Positions 112,355 to 124,000 of a DNA stretch of 124,000 nucleotides are shown piece after piece; position 1 is the first letter of the stretch, and each line of letters begins with the position of its first letter. Source of the DNA: Octopus vulgaris (Eukaryota); the NCBI GenBank assembly GCA_951406725.2, contig OX597824.1:32260001-32384000 (forward strand). Reading direction: 5' to 3'. The notes under the pieces were generated by a model. The model saw only the letters and a list, made by a program, of their open reading frames with translations. It had not been told where the DNA came from and searched no databases. The position numbers were made by a program, and so were the translations under genes.

Positions 112355-113917
112355 TTTTTTGTTGTATGTTGTTAGTGTCTCCAATCAGTATTTGAAATTA
112401 AATTATAACAATATTTCTTAGGAAATATAAATCTAGTTTTTAAAAGTATTGGTTTAATCTGATTGCAAAATATTAATTTGTTAATTGTTAATCTTTCATT
112501 TATAGAAGAAATAAAAAACATTTCTCTTGAGTTAAATGTTGTTGAATAAATGAGTTGAAGTATTGAAAATATTCAATAATTCTGCCTTAATATAAATGGA
112601 GATACAACAACAAGAACTACAAAAAACAAAGACAACACAAGTTATTTTCCTCACCGTTACCAACAACACCATCATGTAATAATATAGCACTTTAGGGAAG
112701 GCATAGTGACCACGACTGGACAGTTATGTGTTAAAGCAATCATACACACCGGCAGTACATTTTCTGTGATTCCATTAGTTGCCTGAATTCTTTCACTGAT
112801 ATGTAGCCATCCCGATTAGTATCATAGTCCTATAGTTTGGTAAGAAAGAATTCTATATTTTGGTAAGAAAAATTACATGCACAAATTCGAAGAGGCAAGT
112901 TTCTTTAGCCATGAAAAGATTTTGTACGTCTTTTCTGAGGGACAAGTTTAATGTCAAAACTTGTACAATTTTACAGAAAGAATTTATGAAAAGCCTCAAA
113001 GCCTCATGGTTTCTGGAACTTAAGGAATATATTTTTGAACTTAAAAACTAATTAAGAAATTATGTAAATATCCTCAGTTTAGATAAGAAAATATAGGAAA
113101 ACCAGAAATCTTTCCACTTTTAATATATTGTAACCTCATTATATGCATGTGTATATGTGTGTGTGTGTGTATGTGTGTGTGTGCGTGTGTGTGTGTTGTA
113201 TGATGATATGTGATGGCAAATAAAAATTTGATAAAAAATAGCTTTTTGAAGTGACATTTTGCTAGGTACTGCGTTAAAATAAAACAAAACTGTCAAATAT
113301 TGCAGTGCTGTAAAATACCATTTTTGCATGTTGTATAAAAATCCAAAATGGTTTTATACAAATAGGAATGGTGATATTAATAGAAACAGAATATAAAAAA
113401 ATCAACAACAAATAAACAAATATTTTAAGTAAAAAATGGTGTCAGCTTATAATTATTAAGATTTATGTTAGATTGGCACACTCTCTTACTTTTGTAGAAT
113501 TAAATAATTTTATGGATTCCGTGTTCAACAGAATATAATTATTTTCTAACATTCCTGACGATATTGTTTTTGTTTTCTTTGGTTAGAAAGCTTACTGATT
113601 GGGTATGACAGAGAGAGACACACATAAATCTCTCTACCTCACATACACACCAAGTGCGTGTGTGTGTATATATATATACATATACACACACACACACTTG
113701 GTGTGTATGTGAGGTATATATATATATATAAATTAGAAAAAATATATGTAATTTTTTCTAAATGGTATAATATAATTTTTCCTTATTGAATTGATAAAAG
113801 GTGGTTTTATTTCTAATTTATATATATGTATTATATTTTGTGAAATTTGATTTAGTATTTCTAAATTGAATTTTTCCCTGTAAGTTTGGAATAATATTCC
113901 CTCATATTATTATTATT

Positions 113918-113968
<51 letters not shown>

Positions 113969-114498
113969 TAATCCCTTGACTATTGTGGGTGTTACATTCC
114001 AAAACTCCCTGTGATAGATGAAAATCTGTGAAGTAGAAACAGTACTGTACTGTACATTTTAAAAATTATTTTTATAATTTGTATATATTTATTTTATTAT
114101 AAATGCAAAACAACACCATGGAGGAATCGATGTTAGCTTAAATAATAAACCGTGATAGGTGAACAGGATTACCGTGTATAGATATTCTTTTATTCTTTTA
114201 CTTGTTTCAGTCATTTGACTGCAGCCATGCTAGAACACCACCTTAAAGGATTTTAGTTATAGAAGTCGACCCCAGGATTTATTCTTTGTAAGCCTAGTAC
114301 TTATTCTATTGGCATCTTTTGTTGAGCCACTAAGTTACAGGGTCATAAACACACCAGCATTGGTTGTCAAGTGATGGTGGAGGGGGGCACACAAACACAG
114401 ACCCACACACATAAGCACACACATCCACACACACACACATATATATATGATGGGCTTCTTTCAGTTTCTGTCTACCAAGCCTTTGTTCAGCCCAAGGC

Positions 114499-114529
<31 letters not shown>

Positions 114530-114558
114530 GTATTTATATATATGTATATATATATGTA

Positions 114559-114614
<56 letters not shown>

Positions 114615-117600
114615 ATGGAAACAAGAGAAGCTTTCCTTAAAAATTTTTGAAGCAAAATTGAAATCATATTACTTATTTTTCATAAGATCGTTCTTCTAAT
114701 GTTCTGTAAAATTAATATAAACTACATGTCATCATAAGCTTCAGACTTTTATTGTCAGAATTAGTATGAGACGACAAGCAGTGGCAGACAACACAAAGAA
114801 TCTGTGCAAGGGAAGCAACACGAGCTGTTGCATCCCTTTCAGTGTAATTTTTAAACATTTTTTCTGATAAAAATGCCACAAAGACAATTTTTTTCTTGTA
114901 AGAGCTGATAACGAATAGTTTTAGATGTTAATAAATACTTATACACTTAGATTAAGTTACTGTCAATTTGCAATACCTATGATATATATATATCTATCAA
115001 CATATATATGTATCATATTTTATTATTAGTTTGAGTTTGTCATTTCCAATCTTCAGGTGATAATGGAAAGACAGAACTTTGGGAAAGTATTTGAAGATAA
115101 ATGAAAGAGATCTTCAAAAATCAAAGCATAAGATGAATTTTCTCAGGAAGCTTGAAACAAAACGATCTTGTTGAATGAAAAATATGACTGATACTGTTCT
115201 GCTATATGTTATTATTATAATTACATTCTATCATATCATTGTTTTATATCTACTTTTCTCATCTGGTATGTATAAAACAGGGAATTTTGAGGCAGCATTT
115301 TACTATGGAAACCCTTATTGGCACCAACTCTTATTTCCTATAATATGTAAAGATACATACTAATTCTAAAAACTGAAACATTTTTAGGGTTTGAGCAACA
115401 CATTTGCTCAGTAAAAAATCCTTGAGCTTCCTTGAAGGGGTTATGCAGAACCCTTTTGTTCACTTGTATACTACTCTGCTGTTTAATATCCTCATATTTA
115501 ACTACCAAAAAAATTGGCAATAATATTATCAGAGTAGAAGATTTGACTAGAGTAGAAACAGGTTGTATTGCTGGCTTTTTGCTATTGGTAAAGAGTAACT
115601 CGATTTACTTTGCTTTTGGTAAGACAAAAGTAATTTTTTATGATCTAAGATGATAATGTCAAAAGAATTAAATTTATGTTAAAAAAAAATCAACATGCAC
115701 ACACATAAACTGCAGGGAGGTGAGCCCTTAAAAGTTTTAGGCAAAGGGAAAAGCAACTGGTTTGTGGCAACAGTATACTTGAACATGTTATGATTAGTTT
115801 TTGGAATGTTTTATTACTTTTCTACATGCAAAATAATAAGCAGGAAATTTAAATTGACTGAATTTTTAATCATACATGACTTACAGTTACTCAAGTCAAA
115901 TATAAATATATGTTTCATAAAAAAATGTTTTGAGAGAAAATAATCTTAAATGTTCATTTTTAAATAGCATTGAATTATAATTTTTCTCAGGATGTTTGAT
116001 CAAAATTATTATTGGGGAGTTTTGATTGAACATTCTAAAAAGAAAGTTGTAATTCCTCTGTTTATAAAGAGTGAATCCATGAACTTAAAGTTTGTTTGGT
116101 AAGTGGAATGCATGACTCTCTTGGCTCTGGAGTCACTTACGTAACTTTACAAGAGAATAAAAGATATACATACTCCTATGTATTGAGTTCTATTACTCCT
116201 GTTTGTTACAACAAGCTACAAATACACAGACACACACACATGCACACACATACACACACACACATGTGCATCTGTATATAAATGTATGTGTGTGCGTGTG
116301 TATATATAATTGTAAATATATGTGTTGAGTTGTCATGTTTTAGGCAACACTAAAGAATGCTCGCAACCCTGCATTGTCTTCATTTGTTCACCAGGTACTT
116401 CACAGAACATATTTTAACTCTGCTGGATGCATTTCATTGTGGCTCCAGCACTAGAGTAGTGGCCTTGTCTCATGCAAGTCTAAAAAGATTTTTATTGCTA
116501 GAAGGAATTGTGAACAGAATGATAGAATCTAGACAGTGATGACAGTGATATAGTGGAAAGTATTGATAAAGAAATGCATTTATAGGCAGTTGCATATAAA
116601 GTAAAGACAGGGTGGTGTAAGGAAGAGAAATAGAAATGTGGGGAGAGAAATCTATATAAAAAAAAAGAGTAGAAATGTCCATATCAATAATGAGTGACAA
116701 GAATAGAAGTAAAATGAGAAGGAGAGTGAAGTGATGAAGAATAGTAAAAATGGGAGATAGTATGAAATAGTATGAGAGGGTAAGTGATAGCATCAGGGAG
116801 GGATAATTGTGAGAGAGAGAGTGAAGGCTATCAATGAAAGATGCTATTGAGGAGAGAGAAGGATGGCTTGGAATAAAGAAAGGTGGTAGTAAATGATACT
116901 GAATATTGAATATGGACAGTTCTGCTGCCATTCCTTGATACATGTGTTTTTATGGAAAGAATGTTGGTGCGGGAAAATTGTATATGGAGAGATCCTATGT
117001 TATCCTTTATTATCGGAATGAAATGAGTGGCCAAGGCTGTTTTGGATGCTGACGGTTTGGCACAGCTGCTTTGGTGGCAGTAATTTTTGGCACTGGAGGC
117101 AAACACAACCCCCAACCACACATACACGCATATGCATGCATGCACAAAAATATACAGAAGCAGATAGAGAAGGAGAGAAAAAGAGAGAGTAAGACAGGGA
117201 GTGAGAAGCATTATAATTCCTTAACTGATCATGATTGACATAAACACTTTTGCTTCTCCTCACACACTTAAAGAGAAATGTATTTACACATATGGCATAG
117301 AAGTGGCTGTATGGTAAGTAGCTTGCTTATGAACCACATGGTTCCGGGTTCAGTCCCACTGTGGGGGCACCTTGGGCAAGTGTCTTCTACTATAGTCTCG
117401 GGCTCACCAAAGCCTTGTGAGTGGATTTGGCAGACGAAAACTGAAAAAAGCCTGTCGTATATATGTATAAATATATGTGTGTGTGTGTGTGTTTGTGTGT
117501 CTGTGTTTGTCCCCCCAACATCGCTTGACAACCGATGCTGGTGTGTTTACGTCCCCGTAACTTAGCGGTTCGGCAAAAGAGATCGATAGAATAAGTACTA

Positions 117601-118728
117601 GGCTTACAAAGAATAAATCCTGGGGTCGATTTACTCGACTAAATGCGGTGCTCCAGCATGACCACAGTCAAATGACTGAAACAAGTAAAAGAGTAAAAGA
117701 AAAGAGTATATAAAGAGAGAGAGGAAGTGAGAGAGGGATGAAGAGAAGGCAGTGGAGACATATATAGAAACGTCTGATAACAAAAAAGTCAGCATTGAAT
117801 CAACAACACCAAAAGGGTGGTACCAAAACTGCTCAGTCTCTAATTACCAAAATAGTATGGGTGAGTCAAATAAGAGAGAGGGTGAGGGATGTATGAGAGA
117901 GTGGTAGACAGACACATCATCATCATCATTTAACGTCCGCTTTCCATGCTAGCATCGGTTGGACGGTTCAACTGGGGTCTGGGGAGCCCGAAAGCTGCAC
118001 CAGTCCAGTCAGATCTGGCAGTGTTTCTACAGCTGGATGCCCTTCCTAACGCCAACCACTCTGAGAGTGGCAAACGGCCACGCTCGGATGGTGTTTTTAT
118101 GTGCCACCGACACAGGTGCCAGATGAGGCTGGCAAACGGCCACGATCGGATGGTGTTTGTTACGTGCCCACAGCACGGAGGCCAGTCGATGCGGTACTGG
118201 CTACAGCCACGTTCAGATGGTTTTCTTGTGTGCCACGTGCCACCGGCACTGGTACCACAAAGATACAAATTCCATTATGTTCATCTATTTTGATTTGTTT
118301 TGATTTAAAAATATGTGTGAGAGACTTAAATGTATAGAAGAATAGGAGGAGGAATGAGAAATGAGAAACTGTGTGACAAGTGAGAAAGGAATGAAGAAAG
118401 AAATAGCCAGAGATATATCAGGAGTATCAATATCATGTTTTTTTTTACCTGTTTATGTACACACACAAACACAAACACACACACACACAACACCCATGTA
118501 TATTTATATACATATGTGTCTCTGTCTATGTCTCTCTCTCCCTATATATATGTGTATACATACATATGTATTTACTCATATATATATTTATATATATATA
118601 CATACATGTTAGTATATATTTGTGTTTGTATATATATTCATATATATATATAAATGTATGTACATATGTACAAATAAATGCACATGCAAATATAAAACAT
118701 ATACATACAGATATACATACATAGGTGC

Positions 118729-118767
<39 letters not shown>

Positions 118768-118892
118768 GACATTTATATATGTGCATATATGTACATACAT
118801 AAGTAAATATATATATATATGGGTATAAATGTATTTAATTAAAGTTTCATATATACAAAGAAATATATATAAGACACATATGTGTGTATGTC

Positions 118893-118931
<39 letters not shown>

Positions 118932-121900
118932 GCAAAGACACACCTGCACATAAATAATTCTGTAAAATATGTAACTGAATAAAAAGAAAATATAATTTTA
119001 CCAAGAATGATTCTGATGACGTAATATTTTTCATTTTCAAGAAAATATCAAAGAACTTTAGAATCATCTGAAAAATACAAGAAAAGGTAAGACACATATT
119101 TAATAATTTGTGAAATAGATTCCAGTATGAGTTATTAAATTTTCTCAAATAATGACATAGGCATAAAATAATATTGTTATTTGCATATTTTAAGGATCAT
119201 TTGTTTCATTTTAATGATAGAGATCATTTTTTAAAGCTATCTTAATACCTGCTTTCACTTTCTATTAAAAGTTATGTGGTGCAGTATAATGTCACATTAT
119301 GATCCATCACTTAAATTAATTCTTTATTGCCCATAAGGGGCTAAACATAGAGGGGACAAACAAGGACAAACAAATGGATTAAGTTGATTACATCAACCCC
119401 AGTGCGTAACTGGTATTTATTTAATCGACTCCGAAAGGATGAAAGGCAAAGTTAACCTCGGGGGAATTTGAACTCAGAACGTAGCAGCAGACAAAATACC
119501 GTTAAGCATTTTGCCTGGCATGCTAAGGATTCTACCAGCTCACCACCTTTAAATTTTCTCAAATAATGACATAGGCATAAAATACTATTGCTATTTGCAT
119601 ATTTTAAGGATCATTTGTTTCATCTTAATGATAGAGATCATTAGTTTAAAGCTATCATAATACCTACTTTCACTTTTTATTAAAAGTTATGTGGTGCAGC
119701 ATAATATTATATTATGATCCATCACTTAAATGCTTGCTTGCTTCATGCTCTTGCTTAATGTGGCCGAAATCATCCCAAGTTTGTGGTCCCAGAGATGTTA
119801 TCAAGTGTAGATTTGAGCAGGTATCTACTGCTGGCAGTCTTGTGTTAGCCCCTCTGCATCCTCAAGGTCACATTGAGCCTCTGGAGATCTTCCCTAATCA
119901 TGTCCAGCTATCTGGTGCAAGGCCTACCATGTGACCTCTTCCAGCCTGCAGCTGATGCATCAAATGAACGGAAAGCCCCGGTAGAATGATCTATGGAGCA
120001 CAAATGTGGCCCTTCTCAAAGACTTTGGGAAAGAGATCAACGGCTTCAATAGCAGAACTCTGAGACCCATCGAGAACATCAGATGGTAGCACCACTTAAA
120101 TTATATTTTTAAATAACTCTAAATAACCCTTGACTATGTGATTAAGAAATTTGCTTTGCAACCACATTGCTTCATGCTTAGTCCTGCTGTACAGCATCTT
120201 GGGCAAGTATCTTCTTCAGCAGCCTCACACTTCCCAAAATCTTATAAGTGGATTTGGTAGAGTGAAACTGAAAGCAGTGAGTTACACACACAAACACGCA
120301 CACACACACACACACACGTGTATAAATGTGTGTGAGCTTGTGGATATATTTGATAAAAGTTTATAAAATTGTTAATTCCAGTTTTACAGTGGATATGTTT
120401 GAGCTAAATGGAATTCTAAACTGGAATATTTTTTTAATGTATTTGATATAACAGAGACTAACACCTTTAAAAAATTAACCATTATCTTACCTCCACATTT
120501 CCAGAAGATTCCACAAGTGTGTCTACCATTTGTTTACCAATTGGTCCATGCATAACATTACCTGGAACAAAATATAATTTGCAATTAATGTTTAATATTC
120601 TATTAATATTTCTAACCTGTTATATTACCTCAAATTTCATTTTAAGTTATTTTATAATATTAGAGATGTTGACATATTTGGTATTTTTAACTAATAGTAA
120701 AATTCGTGTAGATATTGTTGTTTTTTACTTTAACGCTAAAGATAAATAACATTAATGAAATCAAGTTCCATACCTTCAAGCATTGAAAGAAGCATGATCA
120801 TCATTTCTTTTTGTAAGTTCATGAATTCACGCAATAACTCCAATTGCTCAAAATCCTTGATAAAATTACAACAAAACAAAATTGTGTCAATATTTATTTT
120901 GATAGTTTCACAATAACAATATATCTTTACAAATTCATAGATACAGTTCAAAGTTAATTTAAAGAAATATAGATTTAGAAAAATTCAGTTAATTGAAGAC
121001 AATGGTACCATATTTGATGGCATATAAAATACACACATTTAAAAAAAGTAAGTATCAAAAAAAAAAAAATTTTCTGGGCTCTATACACCAAGTTGGGTCT
121101 TTCATAAGTTCCTTTTGTCCTTGATATTCCCTACTATAGGCTAATTTTAATGCAGATGGTCTCTTCTACCAAACATGATCTCACAATAGTAACTTACTTT
121201 TTGTACACAATAATGTTTTGGAATGTGCTGCTAGATTGCTTTGAATATTTATAAGCCTTAATGCACTAACAATTTTTTTCTGAATGTGTGCTGTTGAAAT
121301 TGAGGAGTGTCTAATATGCCTGTGTGTTTTTTATACCATCAAACTGGATAATTAATCTTTTGATATGCAGGTATTTGAAAATATCTCATGAAGTGACGAC
121401 AGTGCTATGTATAGTCATGGGCTGCCCTTTGGCAAGGCATAGCACCCATTCAGTCACCCTGCCAGGGATACAGTGAAATCATGGGTCAGCTGTATGACAG
121501 ATTAAGAAGAGGTAGCTTCTTTCATTGATGCTGAGAGTAGGAATCCTAGAAGATCAATGGTCAAGATCACCAGGCTCTATCAAGAGAGTAACTGAAACAC
121601 ATCCATAGGGGTGGTGTTCATGGTTGTGTAATCAGTTAATGAAAGATTCACTATGACTCACGTTTCCAATTCAAGTTCATTATAATGGAATCAGATAGTG
121701 AAAGAAAGCCATGGAAATCAGTGAAAGCAGGGAAAAAAGAACCAAACCACTAATAAAGGGATAAAGTTCCTTCTTGAATTATATAGGCTCACAACCAGTT
121801 TCCTGGATTCTCTGGTACATGTACTTCCCACTGGATTGCACCCCAGTCTGTCACAGGAATAGTCATTTTTACCAGCTAGGTGGAGTGGAACAATGTTAAA

Positions 121901-123266
121901 TGAAATGTTTTGCTCAAGAACACAAAGCATTGCCTGGTCCAAGAATCAAAACCACAATCTTATGATGATGAGTGCAACACTCTAACCACTAAGGCACATG
122001 CCTCTACAACCAAACAACTAAGATAAAATTAAAATTAAAATGAGAAAAAAAATCTCAAAAGTACTCACTTTTGATAATTTGTCTTGCATTTGGGCAAATA
122101 TATAAAGAAACCCACCAACAGCATCCCACAATCTGCTGTGGGCTAAAGCCAATTGGTTTTGGGCACATGGACCCTGTTATGAATAAAAAGAGAAAATGCA
122201 AAAGAGGAATTTCACAATGAAATTTCAAATAAACAAAAGCATGTCCTATTTACATGTTTATATAATGTTTAGGCATAAATATCAATGTTATATTCAAGAG
122301 AATTACCAATGCAAATGTATGATGGTTCTCAACTAATACTTTTTCATATTGCATTTATAATATGCTTTCATATCTTACTCCAGCAATCTTCAAAAATGCA
122401 CACACACACTTGCTCTGAAAATGCTTGTCAATGAAATCTTCAATGAATGGTTAGTTTAGTGTAAATATGATTTAATACATCTGGAATTGAGTGAAAATGG
122501 AATTTTAAAAAATGGTTAATTCTCTATGTTCTTACCTGAATATACTCAGTGAGTGATCTGAACACGTATTTAGCTACCATGATGGCTCGGCAAAAGTTAG
122601 CCTTTCCAGCAGGATCAATTAAGTCTTTACCGGAATAATGCCAGTAGAAGTCCATAATAGATTCCTTGAAAGGGAAGTGGAAATTATTTTAGTAGAATTC
122701 CTATGAAAATGTGTCCTTTGTCTTTCAAAAGTATATGTAAACAATACAATATTCAAATTTAAAATTTTCACAACAAACATAATACACCTGTACACAGCCT
122801 AGCCAAACCAATCCCTCCAACCAAGTACACTGCGTGAAGACTGTTTACTACAGTATAGTGCTATTCTAATGCCCTAGGGTTGATATTTTTTAAGGATATT
122901 TCACTGGTGGGGCATATATTTTTCTGGAAAGCTATAGTGGGACCTGGGAGAAAATAGTTTGGGTAACATTGCTTTAGTGTCATCATTTATTAATTTTTTA
123001 ATGCTTCTTTTATTTCTTCCTTTTTTAAAAAAATTTTTACTTTTTTTATTCAATAATTAGGTGATCAAGTTACCAGCTGATTAATTATAAGTTCTGAAAA
123101 CTTAAGAAACATGGATTAGCTAATAAATACATTTTTCACGTTCAAAATAAAAATAATAGAATAAACCAAATAGTTACTTGTAAACGAAGAAGGTAATCCA
123201 CAGTGCAAATGATAATATTCACTGTTGTATTGTTTCCTGCTTGTGTTCTGAGATAATTTTGGAATT
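67263..123266 (-). CDS. RyR: Ryanodine receptor, 3' part (central domain, EF-hands, TM region, pore, C-terminal domain); gene starts beyond 124000
   Basis: 29 GT-AG exons in continuous phase. Motifs [61 protein letters not shown] and [15 protein letters not shown]. The EF-hand pair, long cytosolic S1-preceding region and WDFFP end favour RyR over IP3R. Confidence 0.98.
71288..71339 (-). CDS. RyR: RyR exon ([17 protein letters not shown])
   Basis: 52 nt. Confidence 0.96.
72905..73005 (-). CDS. RyR: RyR exon, C2H2 Zn site ([33 protein letters not shown])
   Basis: 101 nt. Confidence 0.97.
74048..74112 (-). CDS. RyR: RyR exon ([22 protein letters not shown])
   Basis: 65 nt. Confidence 0.97.
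75629..75736 (-). CDS. RyR: RyR exon, S6 ([36 protein letters not shown])
   Basis: 108 nt. Confidence 0.97.
76288..76336 (-). CDS. RyR: RyR exon, pore helix/filter ([16 protein letters not shown])
   Basis: 49 nt; GGGIGD selectivity filter split by an intron. Confidence 0.97.
77264..77395 (-). CDS. RyR: RyR exon, S5 ([44 protein letters not shown])
   Basis: 132 nt. Confidence 0.97.
77617..78185 (+). mobile_element. Mariner deletion derivative, same family as 62176-62744
   Basis: Same TIRs and transposase C-terminal remnant, opposite orientation. Confidence 0.85.
80251..80397 (-). CDS. RyR: RyR exon, S3-S4 ([49 protein letters not shown])
   Basis: 147 nt. Confidence 0.97.
82542..82602 (-). 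CDS. RyR: RyR exon ([20 protein letters not shown])
   Basis: 61 nt. Confidence 0.95.
83417..83538 (-). CDS. RyR: RyR exon ([40 protein letters not shown])
   Basis: 122 nt. Confidence 0.92.
84880..85251 (-). CDS. RyR: RyR exon, S2 and S2-S3 region (…[32 protein letters not shown]…YWDKFVKKK)
   Basis: 372 nt. Confidence 0.97.
86000..86086 (-). CDS. RyR: RyR exon, TM S1 ([29 protein letters not shown])
   Basis: 87 nt. Confidence 0.96.
87712..87875. repeat. (GAA)n trinucleotide tract
   Basis: Direct reading. Confidence 0.95.
88205..88331 (-). CDS. RyR: RyR exon ([42 protein letters not shown])
   Basis: 127 nt, phase 2->0. Confidence 0.88.
88394..88718. repeat. Near-perfect palindromic foldback/MITE in a RyR intron
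   Basis: Centre TATTTGCAAATA at about 88570; ~65-bp internal duplication in the left arm. Confidence 0.85.
89114..89184 (-). CDS. RyR: RyR exon, divergent region ([23 protein letters not shown])
   Basis: 71 nt, phase 0->2; needed to keep frame between neighbours. Confidence 0.8.
92044..92164 (-). CDS. RyR: RyR exon, divergent region ([40 protein letters not shown])
   Basis: 121 nt, phase 2->0. Confidence 0.8.
94066..94299 (-). CDS. RyR: RyR exon, Pro/Ala-rich divergent region ([15 protein letters not shown]...KKENGLK)
   Basis: 234 nt, phase 2->2, open frame. Confidence 0.85.
95718..95766 (+). ncRNA. Minimal type I hammerhead-ribozyme-like motif
   Basis: CTGATGA-a-GGGATAT/ATATCCC-a-GAAACAGCTGTA (palindromic stem III, GUA triplet); stem I imperfect. 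Confidence 0.5.
96466..96666 (-). CDS. RyR: RyR exon ([29 protein letters not shown]...LIFHIF)
   Basis: 201 nt, phase 2->2. Confidence 0.9.
97009..97082 (-). CDS. RyR: RyR exon ([24 protein letters not shown])
   Basis: 74 nt, phase 0->2. Confidence 0.9.
97155..97500 (+). mobile_element. Second, shorter RLE-type LINE 3' fragment within (TAA)n
   Basis: [28 protein letters not shown]; flanked by TAA tracts. Confidence 0.75.
98875..98973 (-). CDS. RyR: RyR exon ([33 protein letters not shown])
   Basis: 99 nt. Confidence 0.96.
100053..100209 (-). CDS. RyR: RyR exon ([52 protein letters not shown])
   Basis: 157 nt. Confidence 0.96.
101456..101617 (-). CDS. RyR: RyR exon with EF-hand 2 ([54 protein letters not shown])
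   Basis: 162 nt, phase 2->2. Confidence 0.96.
102340..103105. repeat. Long compound (TA)n/(CA)n/(TACA)n microsatellite field
   Basis: Direct reading; source of the poly-Y/I ORFs. Confidence 0.95.
105490..105850 (+). mobile_element. CR1/L2-like LINE 3' remnant
   Basis: [13 protein letters not shown]-type C-terminal motif, degraded. Confidence 0.5.
107327..107406 (-). CDS. RyR: RyR EF-hand 1 exon, variant B ([26 protein letters not shown]+AA)
   Basis: 80 nt, ctatcag acceptor, AA|GTAAGT donor, phase 0->2, canonical EF loop. Confidence 0.9.
109084..109608. repeat. Inverted Penelope-like repeat with (TAA)n and hammerhead-like motifs; third arm at 110135-110280
   Basis: Arms are reverse complements; each contains CTGATGA-stem-GAAAC. 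Confidence 0.7.
112750..112829 (-). CDS. RyR: RyR EF-hand 1 exon, variant A ([26 protein letters not shown]+CG)
   Basis: 80 nt, ctatag acceptor, CG|GTGTGT donor, phase 0->2, open frame, canonical EF loop. Confidence 0.85.
119002..119067 (-). CDS. RyR: RyR exon ([22 protein letters not shown])
   Basis: 66 nt, ends phase 0. Confidence 0.95.
120491..120561 (-). CDS. RyR: RyR exon ([24 protein letters not shown])
   Basis: 71 nt. Confidence 0.95.
120774..120855 (-). CDS. RyR: RyR exon ([27 protein letters not shown])
   Basis: 82 nt. Confidence 0.95.
122069..122173 (-). CDS. RyR: RyR exon ([35 protein letters not shown])
   Basis: 105 nt. Confidence 0.96.
122536..122664 (-). CDS. RyR: RyR exon ([43 protein letters not shown])
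   Basis: 129 nt. Confidence 0.96.
123178..123266 (-). CDS. RyR: RyR exon ([30 protein letters not shown])
   Basis: 89 nt, phase 1->0. Confidence 0.96.
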
Positions 123267-123489
123267 CTGTAGAGAAAAAGATAAAAATGGTTTTTATTGA
123301 GATTGCTTAGTTAAATATTTTAGTCAAGAAGGCGGTGAGCTGGCAGAAATGTTAGCATGCCGGGTGAAATACTTAGAGGTATTTCATCTGTCTTAACGTT
123401 CTGAGTTCAAAGTGGGGTAAAGAGCTGGATAAGGCCTTCTGTAAGCTTATCACTCATCTTTTAGAGGCTCCGGTTTTACTCAACGGAGA

Positions 123490-123860
123490 AGATAAACACT
123501 CTCACTGTAGATGCATTCTTGATTGCAGTAGCTGGGATGTTATCCCAGGAAGGACACCCATTGGCATTCATAAGCCACACCTTTAGCCAAGCACAATGAA
123601 ATTGGTCGAACATTGAGAGAGGGGCTTATGCAGTGGTATGGTGTGTAGATAGACAGTGGCATTTCCTTCTAGGGAAGCAGTTTTATTTGGAAACACTTCA
123701 CCACCCTTTAAAAACCCTGTTCGCAAAGGATTTAGGTGTATCTTGATGTGCTTTGCAAAAAATAGCCAGGTGGAGTTTGATTCTATCACAGTATGATTTC
123801 GTCATTAAGCATGTTCCAGGTAAAAGTATTCTGCATGCTGATACCCTCTCTTGATTAAGG
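123490..123860 (+). mobile_element. Ty3/gypsy RNase H remnant
   Basis: Reads TVDAFLIAVAGMLSQEGHPLAFIS..NWSNIERGAYAVVW..FLLGKQFYLET, with stops. Confidence 0.7.
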
Positions 123861-124000
123861 TATAACGAGACTAACTATGGCGATATAATTTTCTTTACTT
123901 CGCATTTAGACAAATGCGACAGTGTGTGGTTGGACATTGATCCTGTAAAGATGGAAGGCCTCCAAAAACAATTAGATGCAAATGCATTATATAACGAAAT

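Noticed and set aside
101618-119001. A third EF-hand-1 exon variant
   Set aside because: I scanned by eye for further D.N.DG-type 80-nt exons and found none; a computational search could still find a diverged one.

Overview
Repeat- and microsatellite-rich, AT-rich animal genomic DNA. The SINE/MITE landscape and long (TA)n/(CA)n tracts point to an octopus (inference; no database check). Two large multi-exon genes lie on the minus strand in tandem and both run off the window. (1) The 5' part of the glutamyl-(prolyl)-tRNA synthetase gene EPRS: 15 exons at 246-26598, encoding the GST-like domain and most of the GluRS domain. (2) The 3' part of a ryanodine receptor gene: 29 exons at 67263-123266, covering the central domain, EF-hands, transmembrane region, GGGIGD pore and C-terminus. 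I traced exons by hand using GT/AG boundaries and continuous phase. The main find is a pair of 80-nt, same-phase, frame-enforced mutually exclusive exons (112750-112829 and 107327-107406) encoding two versions of RyR EF-hand 1. The ~40 kb between the genes holds a nearly intact Merlin (IS1595/ISXO2-like) transposase, a decayed RepHel Helitron with non-autonomous Helitrons, a TAA-targeted R4/Dong-like LINE end, an LTR+PBS remnant, and an unexplained 130-aa ORF. It also holds a ~99% identical 500-bp inverted repeat directly behind a CCAAT/TATA promoter-like sequence. Several Penelope-type hammerhead-ribozyme-like motifs occur across the window. Most ORFs in the supplied track are microsatellite or SINE artefacts. 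No CRISPR array, rRNA gene or bona fide tRNA gene was found.
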